Virus record (IMG/VR): IMGVR_UViG_3300029877_000014
Origin: a virus
Taxonomy: Duplodnaviria; Heunggongvirae; Uroviricota; Caudoviricetes
Length of the DNA: 25,713 nt
Strand: one strand, 5' to 3'
Shown here: positions 10,231 to 19,296 of the stretch, piece by piece
Layout of the letters: every line of letters starts with the position of its first letter
Position numbering within the stretch: position 1 is the stretch's first letter
Notes under the pieces: generated by a model
Database searches by the model: none
What the model saw: only the letters and a program-made list of their open reading frames with translations
Told to the model about the DNA's origin: nothing
Made by a program: the position numbers and the translations under genes

Positions 10231-10253
10231 ATTAAAAATGGGGCCGAAGCCCC
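10231..10253 (-). terminator. Terminator-like hairpin (GGGGC-UUCG-GCCCC followed by AUUUUUAAU) just after the major capsid gene
   Basis: Minus strand reads ggggc ttcg gcccc atttttaat, starting about 11 nt after the capsid stop. Confidence 0.45.
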
Positions 10254-10263
10254 GTTTGAATGT

Positions 10264-11403
10264 TTAACCAAGAATCAGACAACCATGTGCCGGCTTCACT
10301 GATGAAACACCCCATGCCAGTCCAACTTCATAGCGCACCTGGCGATACTGACGATACAGTGCAATCTGGAACGTAATCCCTGAAATCGGGTCCGTAACAT
10401 TCATTACATCATCAGCATTATCGCCACCTTCCGGCATTGCCGGAGTACGGGATGCCAGCAGAAACGCGTTGCGATCAAACGCCATATTTGCAGTAAAGGC
10501 CCCAACAACTGTGATGGCAGTATCATCGGCCAGATCCTGACGCAGTCCGGGCGCTGCAAGAGTAATCAGATTGCTGGTCGCTGCTGCCACAACATACTGA
10601 TTCGGATCACCAGCGAACGTAACAATCTGACCTGCAGAAATACTCCCCGAACCAGTATCAATGGAAATAAGAACATCGCCTTCTTTTTTCTCTCCATTCA
10701 CGAGATAACCAGTTGCAGCAACCTTTGGCGCTCGTTTCACACCTGCCGAACTGTGAATATTGAATCCCTCCAGACGCCCCAACACGCCCTCACGCAGTAG
10801 CTGTTCAGTGCCGGATTCATTCACTTTAAACAATACAGACTGTTTTCCGCGCAAATTAGCAATGGCAGTGGAGCCAAGCACCATCTGCAGATCGGTTGTC
10901 GGTGCGCCGTTATCCTCCAGAACCTGACGAGCCAGAGCAGCATCAGAAAGATCATCTTTAACACCAAACGGCGTTGTCCCTGCGGTTCCCACGGCGCGGG
11001 AAGCACCGAAATACAACGCACCAAGATCAGCCTCAACCTCGTTTGCAAGGGCGCGAAAAGCCTGCTTGAACTGATCAGCCAGAATGGTGTTGTAAGTCCC
11101 TGAAGGACCAAGAGCCAGTTGTTCTTCACCATTCCATTTAACCGGTGCCATTTTGGATTTAGTAATTTTTACATCAACAGTGCCAATATTTTGATCACCG
11201 GTATTCGGAGCTGACGGCCCCGGTACGATATCTTCGGTTTTCGCCTCAGGCGCAACTGGCGCGGTTACCGTCTGATCTTTTGCTGCGGCGTCAGCTTTTG
11301 CGTTTTTTGCTACCGCAGGGATAAAACCTACCTGCTCACGGGATACAACATCCAGGGCGGTATAAATAGTCGGGATCAACCCGGTCAGGGTATTTCCAGC
11401 CAT
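10264..11403 (-). CDS. Major capsid protein
   Basis: Large ORF after the scaffold gene. The track start at 11496 overlaps the scaffold stop; the ATG at 11403 (MAGNTLTGLIPT...) has an AAGGAA RBS and is the likelier start. Confidence 0.65.
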   Translation of the reverse strand: MAGNTLTGLIPTIYTALDVVSREQVGFIPAVAKNAKADAAAKDQTVTAPVAPEAKTEDIVPGPSAPNTGDQNIGTVDVKITKSKMAPVKWNGEEQLALGPSGTYNTILADQFKQAFRALANEVEADLGALYFGASRAVGTAGTTPFGVKDDLSDAALARQVLEDNGAPTTDLQMVLGSTAIANLRGKQSVLFKVNESGTEQLLREGVLGRLEGFNIHSSAGVKRAPKVAATGYLVNGEKKEGDVLISIDTGSGSISAGQIVTFAGDPNQYVVAAATSNLITLAAPGLRQDLADDTAITVVGAFTANMAFDRNAFLLASRTPAMPEGGDNADDVMNVTDPISGITFQIALYRQYRQVRYEVGLAWGVSSVKPAHGCLILG

Positions 11404-11501
11404 AATTAAATATTCCTTAAAAATTTGCGTAATTGTGAATAGATGGAGTAATGAGCTATCCAGCCCTGACACCAGCTCCCATCCGGAAGCTGACAAATGT
11501 G

Positions 11502-12266
11502 TTAATCAACGATTGTGATACCGTCTTTCAATGCGTTTTGCTTACCTGCAACATCCAGTGCATCAAAAGCAGAGCGTTTCATCGTTTTCTGACCAATATC
11601 ATGCTGTGTCGGACGGGAGCCGCCGCCATTGTTGCCACTGGCTTTCAGGATGTAGTCTTTCTGAGGGTAATTTTCGACAAGGAACTCCAGCGCCTCATCA
11701 AACTGCGCCAGTTCGCCAGGCTTCGCGCGGGAATAAATTTTGTTGCCGGAAGCGTCATAAGCAACGATCCTCCCTTCTTCCACTTTGAATGCCTGCCCGA
11801 AGCGTGATTGTAATAAATCTGCCGGGATCGCAATTTTATCGGCAATATATTTTGAACCCGCAAAACTACCGCCAATCATAGAATCGTAAAGCTGCTTCTC
11901 CAGCATCTGAGAGCGTTGCTTTTCTTCATCTAATTGCTGCTGAAAATTTTTCGTAATTTCTGCCTTAACCTGGTCAACCTGTCCCGCATCGAGCAGCTTT
12001 TTCTGGTCGATTTTTGACAGCATTTCCAGTGCCTCGATCGCCTTCTTCGGGTCTTCGATAGCGGCAAACTTAGCCAGTTTTTCCTCTGCAGCTTCTTTAG
12101 CCAGGCGATGATTTTTTGCCTCGCTATTAAGCTCTGTAATTTTTTTTGTCGCCAGCGGTGCATCGAAGCCAATTTCTTTACCATCGTCGTGCACATAAAC
12201 TGGCAGGCCAGCAGTATCAATTTCTGCGTATTGTTTTCCGTTAATCTCGACCGTTTTCAGTTTCAT
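11502..12266 (-). CDS. Scaffolding protein
   Basis: Charged, Lys/Glu/Ala-rich helical ORF between the head morphogenesis and capsid genes. Likely start is the ATG at 12266 (MKLKTVEINGK..., RBS AGGTA); the track's extension to 12338 would run through a terminator-like hairpin. Confidence 0.55.
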   Translation of the reverse strand: MKLKTVEINGKQYAEIDTAGLPVYVHDDGKEIGFDAPLATKKITELNSEAKNHRLAKEAAEEKLAKFAAIEDPKKAIEALEMLSKIDQKKLLDAGQVDQVKAEITKNFQQQLDEEKQRSQMLEKQLYDSMIGGSFAGSKYIADKIAIPADLLQSRFGQAFKVEEGRIVAYDASGNKIYSRAKPGELAQFDEALEFLVENYPQKDYILKASGNNGGGSRPTQHDIGQKTMKRSAFDALDVAGKQNALKDGITIVD

Positions 12267-12326
12267 ATTAGTACCTGGTTTAAGTCTTCCGACAGTTACG
12301 CTGCTCACCATCCGGATCGCAGCAAT

Positions 12327-12351
12327 AAAAAAGGCCACCCGAAGGTAGCCT
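12327..12351 (-). terminator. Terminator-like hairpin (GGCUACC-UUCG-GGUGGCC followed by UUUUUU) between the head morphogenesis and scaffold genes
   Basis: Minus strand reads aggctacc ttcg ggtggcc tttttt attgctg; stem has one mismatch. Confidence 0.5.
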
Positions 12352-12370
12352 GTTGTAATAAATGATTTAT

Positions 12371-13486
12371 TTAAATCCCTGCTTTTCTGAATACCTGTGC
12401 ATCACGCTCACGGAGCTGCTTCAGCGTCAGCCATTCGCCTTTATCGGTGTAAAATTCATCTGGCGACATACCACCATCCCGAATCAGCTTTGCTCGGGTT
12501 TCCCCCACAATCTGTTTTTGTCTGGTGTAAGGCTGACGCAAAAACCATTCCCTGTAGGTTGTATCTCCGGCCACCACGCCATCCATGCTGGCCCGCTCAG
12601 CCGGGGAAATATCGCGAACATCAATACCCAGTTCCTTCGCTGATTTCAGAATGAACGTTTCCGTTGAGCGGCAGCAGAAATGAATTTTTCCCGGCCCCTG
12701 CAAATAAGGCACGCTGTGACCTACAGGTTTATTATTCAGCGTATATTTGAGGCGATCCCTGATTCGACATTGTGGCGTAGTACGATTATCAAGCGTTGAT
12801 AACCATTGCTTACCCTTAATCAAATCATTATTCGCGCTGGCAAAACTCTCACGGGCAGTAGCAGCAAGATGTCCAACCGCTGTTTTTGCAATGCTGGCCG
12901 CATTAGCCCGGCTCATCTGCAATGCACCATCCTGAAATCCCTTACTGACATGTCCCCGAATTTTTCTTGCGATCTGCTCATTGGTATCCCCCAGCAAAAA
13001 ACCCTGACGCACTGTATTTGTTATGCGTCTGAGCCGATCCGCCTCAAGATCTGAGGCCCACTCACTGAGCAGTCGTCCCTGAAATGGTCGCGCCATTGCA
13101 GCGGCATAAAGTGCATCAGGAGAGATACCAACCAGAGGGTGAACATCAGCAACAAAATCAGGTAGCATAGAATCAAACAGACTTAACTGATAACCAGCCT
13201 CATAAATTGCCAGCTCGTTCAGCTCTCCGGAGAGACTGGTAAACATGCTGTTAATAGCAGTGCGGTTAACCTCTCTGACGCTCGCCAGAAGTGACTCCAG
13301 GCGCTTAACGGTAAAACTACCTGGATCGAGGCTGTCCAGTGCTATCAGCAGGCGAGCAGTAAGTTCCGCATCGCTGTCATTCAGTATTTTCACCATTCTG
13401 GCAGCCACGCCAGTGCTATAGCGGGATATCCAGACTGCATGAGCAATTGATTCATCACGCAGCCGTTCATTCACGGTTTGCATCAT
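12371..13486 (-). CDS. Head morphogenesis / minor capsid protein (Mu F / SPP1 gp7-like)
   Basis: 371-aa ORF directly downstream of the portal gene, overlapping it by 20 nt; assigned by position and the Cys/His-containing C-terminal region. Confidence 0.55.
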   Translation of the reverse strand: MMQTVNERLRDESIAHAVWISRYSTGVAARMVKILNDSDAELTARLLIALDSLDPGSFTVKRLESLLASVREVNRTAINSMFTSLSGELNELAIYEAGYQLSLFDSMLPDFVADVHPLVGISPDALYAAAMARPFQGRLLSEWASDLEADRLRRITNTVRQGFLLGDTNEQIARKIRGHVSKGFQDGALQMSRANAASIAKTAVGHLAATARESFASANNDLIKGKQWLSTLDNRTTPQCRIRDRLKYTLNNKPVGHSVPYLQGPGKIHFCCRSTETFILKSAKELGIDVRDISPAERASMDGVVAGDTTYREWFLRQPYTRQKQIVGETRAKLIRDGGMSPDEFYTDKGEWLTLKQLRERDAQVFRKAGI

Positions 13487-14873
13487 TGATTTCCATCAGC
13501 ATTACACTCTGATTTTTTAATTCATCGATCACTTCCTCTGGACGGGAATCCTGATCGATAAATTTCAACGCCTGCAACACCCGAATCGCATCAATCTGAC
13601 GTATATCACCGCCCTGACGCAATGACTGAACAGCCAGCGCGGAGGATGAGTCAAACACCTGGGCAGATACATCCAGTTCAGTGCGCACATCCACATTGCC
13701 ACCGCAACTCTCTCCGATCCATTCCGCCATTATCTGGAGAATATTATCGAGGGCATCTTCGAGGGAGTTCGCCATTGTATAAAGCGGCGAGTTTTCCTGC
13801 ATTCGCTCTTCATTAGTCTGATCAACAGATTTGGTGGATGTATTTTCAGCACGCAGAAGTTTAGCGCCGGCATGACGCATCTGATTTTCCAGCTTCTCAA
13901 GTGATGTTTCGCCAGATTCTATCGCTGCGCCACTATGTTCAACATATTCGAGGCCATTTTTTGTTCTGTCCTCAAAAATCGTAGCGGTGGATGCACCAAC
14001 CGTCAGTTCTTCATTCCTGTCCAGCCCGTAGGCCACCAGCAATGGAACGCGGGCAACATGAAGAATATTGTCCTGCTCGCTCTGGCTTTGCCAGTGCTTG
14101 ATATTCAGCAAGCCAAGATTAAGCAATGGCGGTGTACCACGCATAAATCCTGTTTTCTTCGTGTACAGTGTTACCAGAGGAATATCATCACGGCTGGTAT
14201 TCCATGACTCATGAAGCGTCCAGACAGATTCGCCATTAGTGCCTTCGCTACGTCGATAAATTTCAACTCGACGGGGCATAATATGGCGGATCTGCTCCAC
14301 CTTCTTCTGCCCGAAATCATCACCATCAATAATGATGACCTCTTTTATACGCAAATCAGTGAGAACAACTTTCCCTTTTTCAACTTTCGATTTCCATCCA
14401 ATAACCTGGCGTGGATTCAGCATCGTAACGTACGGACGACTACCGGCCGCGTTTTCATCGGCTTTTGTCCGAATCTCTTTCATATCCGTTCGTGGATAGT
14501 CCACCAGCGCATGTGCCACACCATACTGAAATGCGAGGCTGAAAAATTGCTGCGCCCACACATCCAGTCGGCTTCCCTCCATGTCGATATTTTCTGCATA
14601 TTCTCTGATTTTTGCCGGCGTTTCCTCACTCAATACTGTCGGCTCTGCAAATATGCGCCCAATATTTTGCTTGATGCTTTCTTCATACACAGGAAGTAGC
14701 GTAGCCACAGACAGGCGTTTTTTATAAGCGTCTTCATCTTCGTTAGGCCATTTTGGGAGATAATTTTCCCCCTGCCTGCGCATTTCAAGCGTACCGCCCA
14801 TCAGTGCGTCGTTAATATCCCACGCCTCCAGCATATCGTTATAGTCGAGGTTGGGTGTTGATATATCAGCCAT
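13467..14873 (-). CDS. Portal protein
   Basis: 468-aa ORF immediately downstream of the large terminase (3-nt gap); size and position are canonical. Confidence 0.7.
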   Translation of the reverse strand: MADISTPNLDYNDMLEAWDINDALMGGTLEMRRQGENYLPKWPNEDEDAYKKRLSVATLLPVYEESIKQNIGRIFAEPTVLSEETPAKIREYAENIDMEGSRLDVWAQQFFSLAFQYGVAHALVDYPRTDMKEIRTKADENAAGSRPYVTMLNPRQVIGWKSKVEKGKVVLTDLRIKEVIIIDGDDFGQKKVEQIRHIMPRRVEIYRRSEGTNGESVWTLHESWNTSRDDIPLVTLYTKKTGFMRGTPPLLNLGLLNIKHWQSQSEQDNILHVARVPLLVAYGLDRNEELTVGASTATIFEDRTKNGLEYVEHSGAAIESGETSLEKLENQMRHAGAKLLRAENTSTKSVDQTNEERMQENSPLYTMANSLEDALDNILQIMAEWIGESCGGNVDVRTELDVSAQVFDSSSALAVQSLRQGGDIRQIDAIRVLQALKFIDQDSRPEEVIDELKNQSVMLMEINDANRE

Positions 14874-14875
14874 AA

Positions 14876-16186
14876 TTAAATCCGAAGTGATGTGACTCTT
14901 CCGGTCGGTTTGACAATAGGGAATTGCTTAACGATGAAATAACCTCCGGCATCATTCGGGTGATCATTGCCAGATTTTTTATCAGGCTCCCCCTTCTCAT
15001 CCCAGACCTGTTGCTCCAGAGATTCGGCATATAACGGGCAACGCTTCACATTAACTTTATAGCGACGCTCACCATTGGCATTGCAGAACATTGCATTCAT
15101 TGAGTTAACGCGATCTTTTACTGGCGGGTTCGAGCTGTTCACCACAACGTTAAAACCAGCCTGCTTAAGCTGGGCTATATCCGTCGTACTTGCGTTACTT
15201 GATTTTCTGGAATCCCCGGAAGCATCTGGATAAATATAAATTTCCCTCACTTTCCGGTAATCATTCCCATCATACAGCCAGAAGCGTTCTTTAATGATGC
15301 GGATCATATCCGGCGTATCGTAGGCATTGATGATTTCAGTTACCGCACATGGAAGCCCCAAACGCAGCACATGGACGATTCCCGCCATCTTTCCAACGTT
15401 AAAATCCATCCCAATATAAATCGGCTCCCCTGGCTGCTCCACTTCTTCGCAATTATTCAGTTTCCGGTCAAACTGATGGTAAACAGTACCACTTGTCAGG
15501 TTAGTAAACTGTCCTCGCAGATAGGCTTTAATCAGCTCTGGAGGGTATGATTCAAGAAGCGAAGGAATGTAATCTGCTGGCAGGTTCTTTTCATTATCGA
15601 AAGTAGATGCCTGCACCAGACCATACAGTGAGGCCAGCTCTGTTTTTTCACGCACGGCTTTAACAAACTGCTCGTAGACAAATTTGAATCCTTCCGGCGT
15701 GGTTGTAACGTCAATACCGTTGCGAAGTCCATCAATCTTATAACGCATACGCGCAATTATCTTGCGCCACGCCGTTCTGGCTTTTTCCTTCGGCAAAATG
15801 TCCAGTTCATCCACCAACGCATTACCAATTTTGAAACCGACGATCGTTTGTGGCTTCTCCATCGATCTGCAGATAGTGGTTCCCCGATACTGGCGTCCGT
15901 AATAAAAGTGAACCTCTTTATTTCCCTCATTAATTTTTACGTTCAATCCCCAGTCAGCAGCAACTTCTTCCACTGTAGGGTAAAAAATATCGCGAATTTG
16001 GGGATACGTTGGCGCAAAATATCCCTGATTTATACCTGGATGCTCCCAAATCCCCTTGCATATGCCGCCACACCCAACCCATGTTTTGCCCGAGCCAAAA
16101 CCAGCAATATAGGCTTTAAATTTATGGGGCATTGAAAGAAATCGCGCCTGAGGCACATTAAGCGTCGGAGAGATCATCTTCATCAC
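14876..16186 (-). CDS. Terminase large subunit
   Basis: 436-aa ORF with a Walker A-like motif (AGFGSGKT) near the N-terminus and an acidic nuclease-type C-terminal half. Confidence 0.85.
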   Translation of the reverse strand: MMKMISPTLNVPQARFLSMPHKFKAYIAGFGSGKTWVGCGGICKGIWEHPGINQGYFAPTYPQIRDIFYPTVEEVAADWGLNVKINEGNKEVHFYYGRQYRGTTICRSMEKPQTIVGFKIGNALVDELDILPKEKARTAWRKIIARMRYKIDGLRNGIDVTTTPEGFKFVYEQFVKAVREKTELASLYGLVQASTFDNEKNLPADYIPSLLESYPPELIKAYLRGQFTNLTSGTVYHQFDRKLNNCEEVEQPGEPIYIGMDFNVGKMAGIVHVLRLGLPCAVTEIINAYDTPDMIRIIKERFWLYDGNDYRKVREIYIYPDASGDSRKSSNASTTDIAQLKQAGFNVVVNSSNPPVKDRVNSMNAMFCNANGERRYKVNVKRCPLYAESLEQQVWDEKGEPDKKSGNDHPNDAGGYFIVKQFPIVKPTGRVTSLRI

Positions 16187-17252
16187 TCCTTACTCTGGCA
16201 TCAACCACATTAATATTGATCGCCACAGGCTGGGGATGTTCATTATCTTCCACCGTTTCGATCTCTTTGCGCAGCTTCTGGTTTTCCATTCTGCGCCGTT
16301 CAATTTCCAGTTCCTGTAGCCGCTTATCTGCACATAAAGCCCCGCCAGCAGAAAGCAAACGCAACAATTCACGCCGGGCGGCAGCCTTATCCTCCAGCAG
16401 GATCTCAACGCCGAATTTTCCGAATTTTGCCCCTGCATATAATTGCCGCGCATCCCCATCAAGCAGAGTGGTATCAGCCATATAAAGCTGTCCCGTTCCC
16501 TCACCGCAGCACTTCGGGCAGTCCGGATTGGGTATGGCGTTATCAACAAAGCCGAGGCCTCCATATTCCGGTTCGGGTTTGCCATCTCTGGAAGCCTGCG
16601 CCGCTGCCTTGTCGAATTCTGCTATATCGCGCCACTGGTAGAGATGATTCTCGCCCCAGCAATAACGGCAGTTAACACGGCGAAATTGTGCAAGCTGATT
16701 GGGGTCGGCCAGGACAATAGCCATCAACTGACTCACTAGTAAATCCAGGTCTGCGGTATAGCGTTTCTGGTACTGATTGCGGAAGTAGCTGATAGCGCGA
16801 AAAACCCTGGCATTTCTAAGCATACGACTGGCGTTGCTGTTAGCTGTCGCACCTTGCCCCTCATAACCGGCTAGTCGGTACGCCTCTGTCGGCTTTTTAC
16901 CCTGAGCAACAAGCATCGCAAACTTAGCCTGCTGGTCAGAAATGCCGAATTCATCGGGACAGAACGAAAATTCCTCCGCGTCGCCCTCATTCAGGCCCGC
17001 ATCGAATACTGGCTTTTTTTCCTGAGATTTTTCGTTCCGCTTTTGTGCAGTCTGCGCAGATTTTTTCTGCGCACTTTTTTGCGCAGTTTTGCACATTTCT
17101 GTCTGCGCATTTTTCGGAGTTTTTTTGATGTAACGACGGGCTGTTGCGTAATTCAGTCCCCTTGCTTCACACCATGCCACCGGAGATATACCGGAGCGGG
17201 TGTATTCAGCAATATACTCCTGCTGCAACGCCCCCCAGTCCGGTCTGCTCAT
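16158..17252 (-). CDS. Terminase small subunit (N-terminal HTH, low-complexity Lys/Gln/Ala linker, Terminase_2-like core)
   Basis: 364-aa ORF directly upstream of the large terminase; contains ...KPTEAYRLAGYEGQGATANSNASRMLRN..., typical of small terminases as I recall the family. Confidence 0.6.
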   Translation of the reverse strand: MSRPDWGALQQEYIAEYTRSGISPVAWCEARGLNYATARRYIKKTPKNAQTEMCKTAQKSAQKKSAQTAQKRNEKSQEKKPVFDAGLNEGDAEEFSFCPDEFGISDQQAKFAMLVAQGKKPTEAYRLAGYEGQGATANSNASRMLRNARVFRAISYFRNQYQKRYTADLDLLVSQLMAIVLADPNQLAQFRRVNCRYCWGENHLYQWRDIAEFDKAAAQASRDGKPEPEYGGLGFVDNAIPNPDCPKCCGEGTGQLYMADTTLLDGDARQLYAGAKFGKFGVEILLEDKAAARRELLRLLSAGGALCADKRLQELEIERRRMENQKLRKEIETVEDNEHPQPVAININVVDARVRSDEDDLSDA

Positions 17253-17255
17253 CAG

Positions 17256-17507
17256 TTAGTCCTGATTTTTATCCACCCTGAGTAGTTCGCGCAGAGCAAA
17301 GGCATCCCCTTTTCTGGCAAGCTTAAACAATGCCGCTCGTAACTCGGCTTCACCTTTCGCTCTGCCCTTACGGATGGCCGCATAAAAATCTGTCATTGCT
17401 TCCCGATTTTCTTTCAGTCGGTTCAGATCAACATCCAGAACGTCAGCGATTTGTTGTGCAGTCATCCGGCACGCTGCCAGAGACTCGACTTTCGAATACG
17501 GAATCAT
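17256..17507 (-). CDS. Small hypothetical protein (83 aa, possible HTH)
   Basis: ORF overlaps the 3' end of the 317-aa gene by 65 nt, so the true start may be an internal Met (e.g. MTAQQIADVLDV...). Confidence 0.3.
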   Translation of the reverse strand: MIPYSKVESLAACRMTAQQIADVLDVDLNRLKENREAMTDFYAAIRKGRAKGEAELRAALFKLARKGDAFALRELLRVDKNQD

Positions 17508-18396
17508 TTGTCACCCCCATTGATATGCAGGGTGTCTTCTTCCTGTATTTTTCGTGAAGGATTTTTACTGCAGCGTTGTTCCAGGTGACCTGATGGTGAA
17601 TGCGTTTATGGCTGGCACCCATCAGTGAGATTTTTACGCACGACGGCGCATACATGACGGAGTAAAAACTTTTAACGTAGGTTCCGGAATCCAGATACAG
17701 CTCGGTCATTCCGCCGCTGTTTTTCTGCGTCTGTTTCTGCCCTAACTGGACAGCACCGATCGTCATAAACAATTCACCACAGCGACCGAGATTCGTGTAC
17801 GTATTCACATCCTCGTTAATGCGCCCCATGAATGAGAACGGTCGATCAACCGAACAGATAAAGCTGTTCATTGCCTTGCGTTTCACCCACGAAGCATGGC
17901 CGCCATTGTCACCAAGAAAATCCCCGCCCTGCGACATAGCGATGGAAAGAGCAGGTATTGATTCGTAGTACGCCAGCATTTCAGAAAGGATCGCATCCAG
18001 TTTCCTTATCGGAAAATAGGCCTGGTCATAGTTGCGATCCACCCGAAACTGGAACTCGTGATAATCATCATCGAGCTGAATGAAGTATTTACACCCGACC
18101 AGTTTTGCCAGGTCGAAACAGGCATTACGGGCGTAAAAAATTGAGCGGCGGTCACAGAAATTATCGGCTTCGTCAAAACGACTGGCGATATCGGCTTTGG
18201 AAAACACCAGCACCTGTTCACCAAATTCAGCCATGTACTGATTCCGTGTCTTATCTTCATCATCAACAACGATAAAAATTTTCCCGGTATAGCCAGCACG
18301 ACGCAACGTCCGGTAAGTCAGAACTTTGTCCGGTCGCCCGTGAGTCAGAATAAAGGCGCAAAAATCATCACGCATATTCCTCCTCCTCACCACCAT
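17443..18396 (-). CDS. Hypothetical protein, 317 aa; weak resemblance to a GT-A-type nucleotide-sugar transferase (DxD-like QLDDDYHEF)
   Basis: Long ORF tightly coupled to the upstream ParB-like gene. The Rac ydaY locus is, from memory, at the corresponding position. Functional guess is motif-level only. Confidence 0.45.
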   Translation of the reverse strand: MVVRRRNMRDDFCAFILTHGRPDKVLTYRTLRRAGYTGKIFIVVDDEDKTRNQYMAEFGEQVLVFSKADIASRFDEADNFCDRRSIFYARNACFDLAKLVGCKYFIQLDDDYHEFQFRVDRNYDQAYFPIRKLDAILSEMLAYYESIPALSIAMSQGGDFLGDNGGHASWVKRKAMNSFICSVDRPFSFMGRINEDVNTYTNLGRCGELFMTIGAVQLGQKQTQKNSGGMTELYLDSGTYVKSFYSVMYAPSCVKISLMGASHKRIHHQVTWNNAAVKILHEKYRKKTPCISMGVTNDSVFESRVSGSVPDDCTTNR

Positions 18397-19159
18397 GCAT
18401 GATCTCCACCATGCGCTGCGTCATCCGGACAAATCCATTTTCAATAGCCTGCTGATAATCAATGATCACCAGCGCCGACTCCTCGAAAAAACACTGAATT
18501 TCAGAGGGGGCGTGAGCGTAATAGTCCGCAATTCTGCTGAAATTAAACACCGTGTGACGTTCTGCCGCACACAGGAGGAATTTCTCAATATCAGGCTCAA
18601 GGGACGCCGAACGTATCCGGCTGATCAGCTCCTGAGTTTTCGTATCGTCGTACAGTTCACTGATATCCGGTTTACCGCCCGACGGCTCATAAACAGGCGT
18701 ATCAATTTTCGTCGTATACGGCTCCTCCTCATTTCCTGTACCGGGCAAAACATCCGTCAACAGTTCATCAATTTCTGTCGGGATGAAGCCTGTCAGGGAG
18801 ACATCAAAATCAGCATTGATTAGGTCCGACAGCTCCATCCGCAACAGATCTTCATCCCAGCCAGCATTCATCGGCAGGCGATTATCTGCCAGGCGGTACG
18901 CCTTTTTCTGCTCATCCGTCAGGCCAGACAGAACAATGACCGGAACAGAATCCATTTTGAGCATTTCAGCCGCCATAACACGACCGTGACCCGCAATAAT
19001 TTCGCCCTTTTCGTCAATCAGCACCGGATTAGTCCAGCCGAATTGCTTAATACTTTCTACCAGTTGTGCCACCTGCTCAGGGCTGTGCGTCCTGGCGTTG
19101 TGCGCATACGGTGACAATTCTTGTAATGGGCGATAGACTATCTTTAATTTCTCGCTCAT
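18368..19159 (-). CDS. ParB-like nuclease-domain protein (ParB/Srx N-terminal fold)
   Basis: 263-aa ORF with ...NPVLIDEKGEIIAGHGRVMAA..., the GxxR-type ParB N-terminal motif; acidic C-terminus. Confidence 0.75.
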   Translation of the reverse strand: MSEKLKIVYRPLQELSPYAHNARTHSPEQVAQLVESIKQFGWTNPVLIDEKGEIIAGHGRVMAAEMLKMDSVPVIVLSGLTDEQKKAYRLADNRLPMNAGWDEDLLRMELSDLINADFDVSLTGFIPTEIDELLTDVLPGTGNEEEPYTTKIDTPVYEPSGGKPDISELYDDTKTQELISRIRSASLEPDIEKFLLCAAERHTVFNFSRIADYYAHAPSEIQCFFEESALVIIDYQQAIENGFVRMTQRMVEIMHGGEEEEYA

Positions 19160-19296
19160 ACAGCCTTGCTTTATGAATAAAACGCACCCCAGCAGCCAGT
19201 GCTACTGGGGACGGAGGGGTTGCTGGTAAAGTTAGGTATTGGATCAATGAGTGAGTCAACATAATATTAAACTCACAATTATAAATCAGCCATATA

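Noticed and set aside
11930-12220. 96-aa Lys/Arg-rich minus-strand ORF inside the scaffold gene
   Set aside because: Alternative frame of the charged scaffold gene; composition artefact of the Glu/Lys-rich coding frame.
14211-14699. 162-aa plus-strand ORF
   Set aside because: Entirely antisense to the portal gene, with no RBS and a Phe/Asn/Ile-rich composition typical of the reverse strand of an AT-containing gene.
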